64,000 nucleotides of DNA, taken from Dehalococcoidia bacterium. Its GTDB lineage: Bacteria > Chloroflexota > Dehalococcoidia > UBA2979. The notes below the pieces were generated by a model, which worked only from the letters and a program-made list of their open reading frames with translations, did no database searches and had not been told where the DNA came from. Made by a program: the position numbers and the translations under genes. Numbering within the stretch: position 1 is the stretch's first letter; each line of letters begins with the position of its first letter. This document shows, piece by piece, positions 60,339-64,000 of this stretch. The stretch is from NCBI GenBank assembly GCA_963667465.2, contig CAXXDN010000002.1:960001-1024000 (forward strand), in the 5' to 3' direction.

Positions 60339-60922
60339 TGGCCGCGCTGGTCAGCGTCCCGAGGCGCGGCGGTTCCCCCCCTCCCCCCGCGCCTCGGGAC
60401 GTCCCCCGCCGCCGTGGAGCCAGCACCGGCCGCAAGGCGGCCAAGCCCGCTCGGCCTCCGCGCACGAGCAACTCACGCCAGGCGGATCGGGAGCAACTCC
60501 CCAGGCCGCGCAGCAGCGCCATCGGGCGTCTGCTGCGCGGTGTCTCCCTCCTGCTCGCCGTCGCGCTGCTGCTCGGACTCGCCGCCGGCGTCGGCTCGTT
60601 GCAGGTGCTGCAGAGCACCCGCACCGCCGAGGCCGGCTACGAGCTGCGCTCGTTGCAGGCTGAGCGCGCCGAACTCGGCGCGCGGCTGCGCTTGCTCGAG
60701 GCCGAGATCGCGCACCTTGCGAATCTCTACGCCGTCTACACCGACGCGACCACGCGGCTTGGCATGGTTCCCGCCGACCGCACGCTGAACGTTGCCGTGG
60801 GCGTGCCCGCGCCCGCGGTCATTCCGATGCCAGAACGCTACGTCCAGGAGATCGCGCCGCTCCCCACCGAGACCGAGCCGTGGTGGGAGCAGCTGCTAGG
60901 AACCGTGACCGGCCTCAACTGA
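60338..60922 (+). CDS. FtsL-like cell division protein
   Basis: Basic disordered N-terminus, single TM, coiled coil, A..RLGM; located between rsmH and ftsI. Confidence 0.75.
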   Translation: MAALVSVPRRGGSPPPPAPRDVPRRRGASTGRKAAKPARPPRTSNSRQADREQLPRPRSSAIGRLLRGVSLLLAVALLLGLAAGVGSLQVLQSTRTAEAGYELRSLQAERAELGARLRLLEAEIAHLANLYAVYTDATTRLGMVPADRTLNVAVGVPAPAVIPMPERYVQEIAPLPTETEPWWEQLLGTVTGLN

Positions 60923-61008
60923 ACGGAGCGCGCCGGCCGGCCGCGAACCCGGAGTGCGACGCGGGCGCCGGCCCACGAATCGCGCTCATCGAGGGGAGGG
61001 GATAGGCC

Positions 61009-62757
61009 GTGGCGGAACCGCACGCCGAGCGGACACGTCCCGACTACATGACCTGGCGGCACTGGTTGCTGACGTCTCTCGTCGCGATCGCACTCGTCGC
61101 GCTGATCGGACGCCTCGCCTGGATCCAGATCGCGAACCACGAGCGCTACGCCGAACTGGCGGCGGCCTCGCGTGCCGACACGGAGCTGCTGCCCGCCCCG
61201 CGCGGCGCGATCCTCGACGCCTCCGGGCACCCCCTTGCCATCTCCGTCGACACCTGGGACCTCTACATCGATTCGTTCCTCTGGCAGGATCGCGAGCGCG
61301 CCGGCGACGCGGCGGTCGCGCTCGGCGCGGCCATGGGTATGGACCCGGAAACGCTGTTCGAGCTCGGCATCTCGCGGGAGATCGGCGACGTGATCGTGCA
61401 GCGCTTCATCGACTACGAGCGCGGGCTCGAGTTGCGCAATCGCGGCATCTGGGGCGTGCGCCTGCTGCCCAGCTCGCGCCGCGTCTACGCCGAGCGGGAG
61501 CTCGCCGGACCGCTGATCGGCTACGTGGGCCTCGACGGCTCGGGGTTGTGGGGCATCGAGCGCGACTTCGACCCGGTCCTGCGCGGGAATCCCGGCCTGC
61601 TGCTCTCTGAGCGCGACGCGCTCGGCCGCCCGATTGCCTTCGCGGCCTCCGGCGGGCGCGAGCCGACCGTCGGCGGCGAGGTGCAACTCACGATCGATCG
61701 CTTCATCCAGGCGATCGCCGAACAGCGCCTCGCCGAGGCAGTCCAGGCGAACAAGGCAAGCGGAGGCACGGTGATCGTGATGGAGCCGCGCAGCGGCGCG
61801 ATCCTCGCGATGGCGTCCCTGCCGACGATCGCCCTCTCGGACGTCGACCTCGACGACGAGCAGGTGCTCGATCTTGCGCGCAACCGCGCCGTTTCCGACA
61901 TCTACGAGCCCGGGTCGGTCTTCAAGACGCTGACCACCGCGACGGCGCTCGACCTCGGGCTGATCACGCCGCAGACGACGTACGTCGACGAGGGCTGGGT
62001 GCACATCGGGGGGCACACGATCAGCAACTGGGACTTCACCGCCTACGGCGAAGTCACGATGACCGAGTTCCTGCAGCGCTCGCTCAACACCGGCTCGATC
62101 TGGATCGCCGAGCAGATCGGCCCGCAGCACTTCTACGAGTACCTCCAGCGCTTCGGCGTCGGGCAGCCGACGCACATCGAACTCTCGGGCGAGGCGCCGG
62201 GCAGGCTGCGGCGCGTGGACGATCCGGGGTGGTACCCGGTGGACCTCGCGACGCATTCCTACGGGCAGAGCCTCGCGGCGACGCCGTTGCAGGTGATCAG
62301 CGCCGTCAACACCTTCGCCACGGGCGGGCTGTTGATGCGCCCGCAGATCGTGCACAGTGTGGTCAGCAGCGACGGCGTGCGCGTCCACGAGCCCGTCGTC
62401 GTCCGCCGCACCGTCTCCCCGGAGACCGCCAGCACGATGGCGCGAATGATGCTCGCGGTGGTCGAGGAAGTCCCGTATCACCTGGCCCGCGTCGACGGTT
62501 ACCGCGTCGCCGGCAAGACCGGCACGACGATCGTCACGATCGGTGGCAGCTACGACCCAAACACGACCATCACCTCCTTCGTCGGCTTCCTGCCCTACGA
62601 GGATCCGCGCGTCACCATCCTCGTGAAGATCGACAAGCCGCGAGGCGACTCCAACCTCGCGGGCATCGTCGCCGCGCCGGTCTTCTCGACCATCGCCGCC
62701 GACATCATGGAGTACCTCCGGGTGCCGTCGGCCGAGCGGCAGGTGAACGCACCGTGA
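61009..62757 (+). CDS. ftsI: Class B penicillin-binding protein (FtsI-like)
   Basis: RGAILD, G..GIE, YEPGSVFK (SxxK), SLN (SxN), KTGT. Confidence 0.92.
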   Translation: MAEPHAERTRPDYMTWRHWLLTSLVAIALVALIGRLAWIQIANHERYAELAAASRADTELLPAPRGAILDASGHPLAISVDTWDLYIDSFLWQDRERAGDAAVALGAAMGMDPETLFELGISREIGDVIVQRFIDYERGLELRNRGIWGVRLLPSSRRVYAERELAGPLIGYVGLDGSGLWGIERDFDPVLRGNPGLLLSERDALGRPIAFAASGGREPTVGGEVQLTIDRFIQAIAEQRLAEAVQANKASGGTVIVMEPRSGAILAMASLPTIALSDVDLDDEQVLDLARNRAVSDIYEPGSVFKTLTTATALDLGLITPQTTYVDEGWVHIGGHTISNWDFTAYGEVTMTEFLQRSLNTGSIWIAEQIGPQHFYEYLQRFGVGQPTHIELSGEAPGRLRRVDDPGWYPVDLATHSYGQSLAATPLQVISAVNTFATGGLLMRPQIVHSVVSSDGVRVHEPVVVRRTVSPETASTMARMMLAVVEEVPYHLARVDGYRVAGKTGTTIVTIGGSYDPNTTITSFVGFLPYEDPRVTILVKIDKPRGDSNLAGIVAAPVFSTIAADIMEYLRVPSAERQVNAP

Positions 62758-64000
62758 GCAGTGCGAGCGAGCACGACCCCGTCCTCGATGCGGACTTCGT
62801 CGCCGAAGCGCTGGGCGAGACGCTGCGCGAGCGGCATGGCTCCCGCGCGCGCTTCGGGCGCGCCGTGATCGACTCGCGCCGCGTCGAGGCCGGCGATCTC
62901 TTCGTCGCCCTGCGCGGCGAGAACGCGGACGGCCACGACTTCGCCGCCGACGCCCTGGCGCGTGGCGCGGCGGGCTTGCTGCTGGAGCGCCCGCCCGCGG
63001 GCGACCTGCCCGGCGAGGCGGCCGTCTTCAGCGTCGCCGACGCCCTCGCCGGACTGCAGCGCCTCGCGGCGGCCTGGCGCGAGGCGCTCGATGGCCTCGA
63101 GGTGATCGGCGTCACCGGCAACGTCGGCAAGACGACGACGAAGCTGATGGCCTCGGCCGTACTCGAGCGCCGCTACCGCGTGCGCACGTCCGCGCTCAAC
63201 TACAACAACGAAATCGGCGTGCCGCTCTGTCTGCTGGAGCTCGGCCCCGGCATCGAGCGGACCGTGATCGAGCACGGGATGTACACCACGGGCGAGATCG
63301 CCCAGCTCTGCGAGTGGACGCGCCCGCGCGTCGGCGTAGTGCTCAATGTCGGCCCGGTGCACCTCGAGCGCGCGGGGTCGCTGGAGGCGATCGCGCGCGC
63401 CAAGCGCGAACTCGTTGAGGCGCTGCCCGCCGGCGGCCACGCCTTGCTCAACGCCGACGACCCGGTTGTCGACGAGATGGCCGGCCACAGCGCGGCGCAG
63501 GTGCTGCGCTTCGGAACCTCCGAGGGCGCCGACATCCGCGGCAGCGAGGTGGCCTCGCACGGCGCCGGCGGCTTCAGCTTCACCCTCGAGGCGGACGGCG
63601 AGCGACAGCGCGTGCATGTGCCGCTGCCGGGCGCACATCTGCTGCCCAACGTGCTCGCCGCGGCTGCTACGAGCCTCGTCGAAGGTGTCCCCTTCCCGGA
63701 GGTCGCCGCCGCCCTTGAGGCGCTCGACGTGCCGCTGCGGCTGACCGTGCGCTGCCTGCCGGGCGGCGTGACACTGCTGGACGACACCTACAACGCAAGT
63801 CCGGCGGCGACACGGGCCGCCCTCGATCTGCTGCGCGAGCTGTCCGGCCGCCGGATCGCATTGCTCGGCGACATGCTGGAGCTGGGCAATCTGGCGGAGC
63901 CGTCGCACGAGCAAGTCGGGCGACACGCGGCGAGCTGTGCCGACGTGCTGTTCACGGTTGGCGGCCTCGCGGCCACGATCGCGCGAGGCGCGCGCGAAGC
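62754..64000 (+). CDS. murF: UDP-MurNAc-tripeptide--D-Ala-D-Ala ligase, runs off the window
   Basis: Not in the ORF track. GTG at 62754 overlaps the ftsI stop; IDSRRV..GDLFVALRGE..DGHDF, GVTGNVGKTTTK, NYNNEIGVP, LNADD, DDTYNASP, LGDMLELG. Confidence 0.93.
   Translation, partial: MSSASEHDPVLDADFVAEALGETLRERHGSRARFGRAVIDSRRVEAGDLFVALRGENADGHDFAADALARGAAGLLLERPPAGDLPGEAAVFSVADALAGLQRLAAAWREALDGLEVIGVTGNVGKTTTKLMASAVLERRYRVRTSALNYNNEIGVPLCLLELGPGIERTVIEHGMYTTGEIAQLCEWTRPRVGVVLNVGPVHLERAGSLEAIARAKRELVEALPAGGHALLNADDPVVDEMAGHSAAQVLRFGTSEGADIRGSEVASHGAGGFSFTLEADGERQRVHVPLPGAHLLPNVLAAAATSLVEGVPFPEVAAALEALDVPLRLTVRCLPGGVTLLDDTYNASPAATRAALDLLRELSGRRIALLGDMLELGNLAEPSHEQVGRHAASCADVLFTVGGLAATIARGARE

Overview
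High-GC bacterial chromosome segment. Gene order and protein content suggest a Chloroflexota (Dehalococcoidia-like) organism; this is inference, not a database result. Most of the window is housekeeping: gatB, yvcK, secG-fmt-rlmN, rplY, a carboxyltransferase-icd-mdh...fumC TCA block converging on frdABCD, nadK-tlyA, tig-clpP-clpX, an Opp-type ABC transporter, aspS, hemW, selB, priA-def-yajC-secD-secF, rplS-trmD-mog, and the start of the dcw cluster (mraZ-rsmH-ftsL-ftsI-murF). A catabolic block (SDR, VOC, ketosteroid-dehydrogenase-like flavoprotein, tRNA-Leu(TAA), amidase, MFS) lies at the left end. Several small, mostly lower-GC accessory cassettes sit between core genes with no integrase or transposase: a two-gene CBASS (CdnE-like cyclase + Cap15-like effector) between mdh and fumC; a three-gene DUF6941-like/antitoxin-like/RelE module whose toxin has GTC where its start codon should be; a frameshifted DUF4258/DUF2283 pair; and a lone retropepsin-like gene. 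Features absent from the supplied ORF track include two paralogous 2-TM microproteins behind frdD, a 43-aa signal-peptide ORF behind an ECF-like promoter, three tandem ~96-bp REP-like units, an SH3b-like/acidic insertion in SecF, a probable CTG start for def, and a recurrent leaderless-promoter architecture. All family assignments come from motif recognition by eye.
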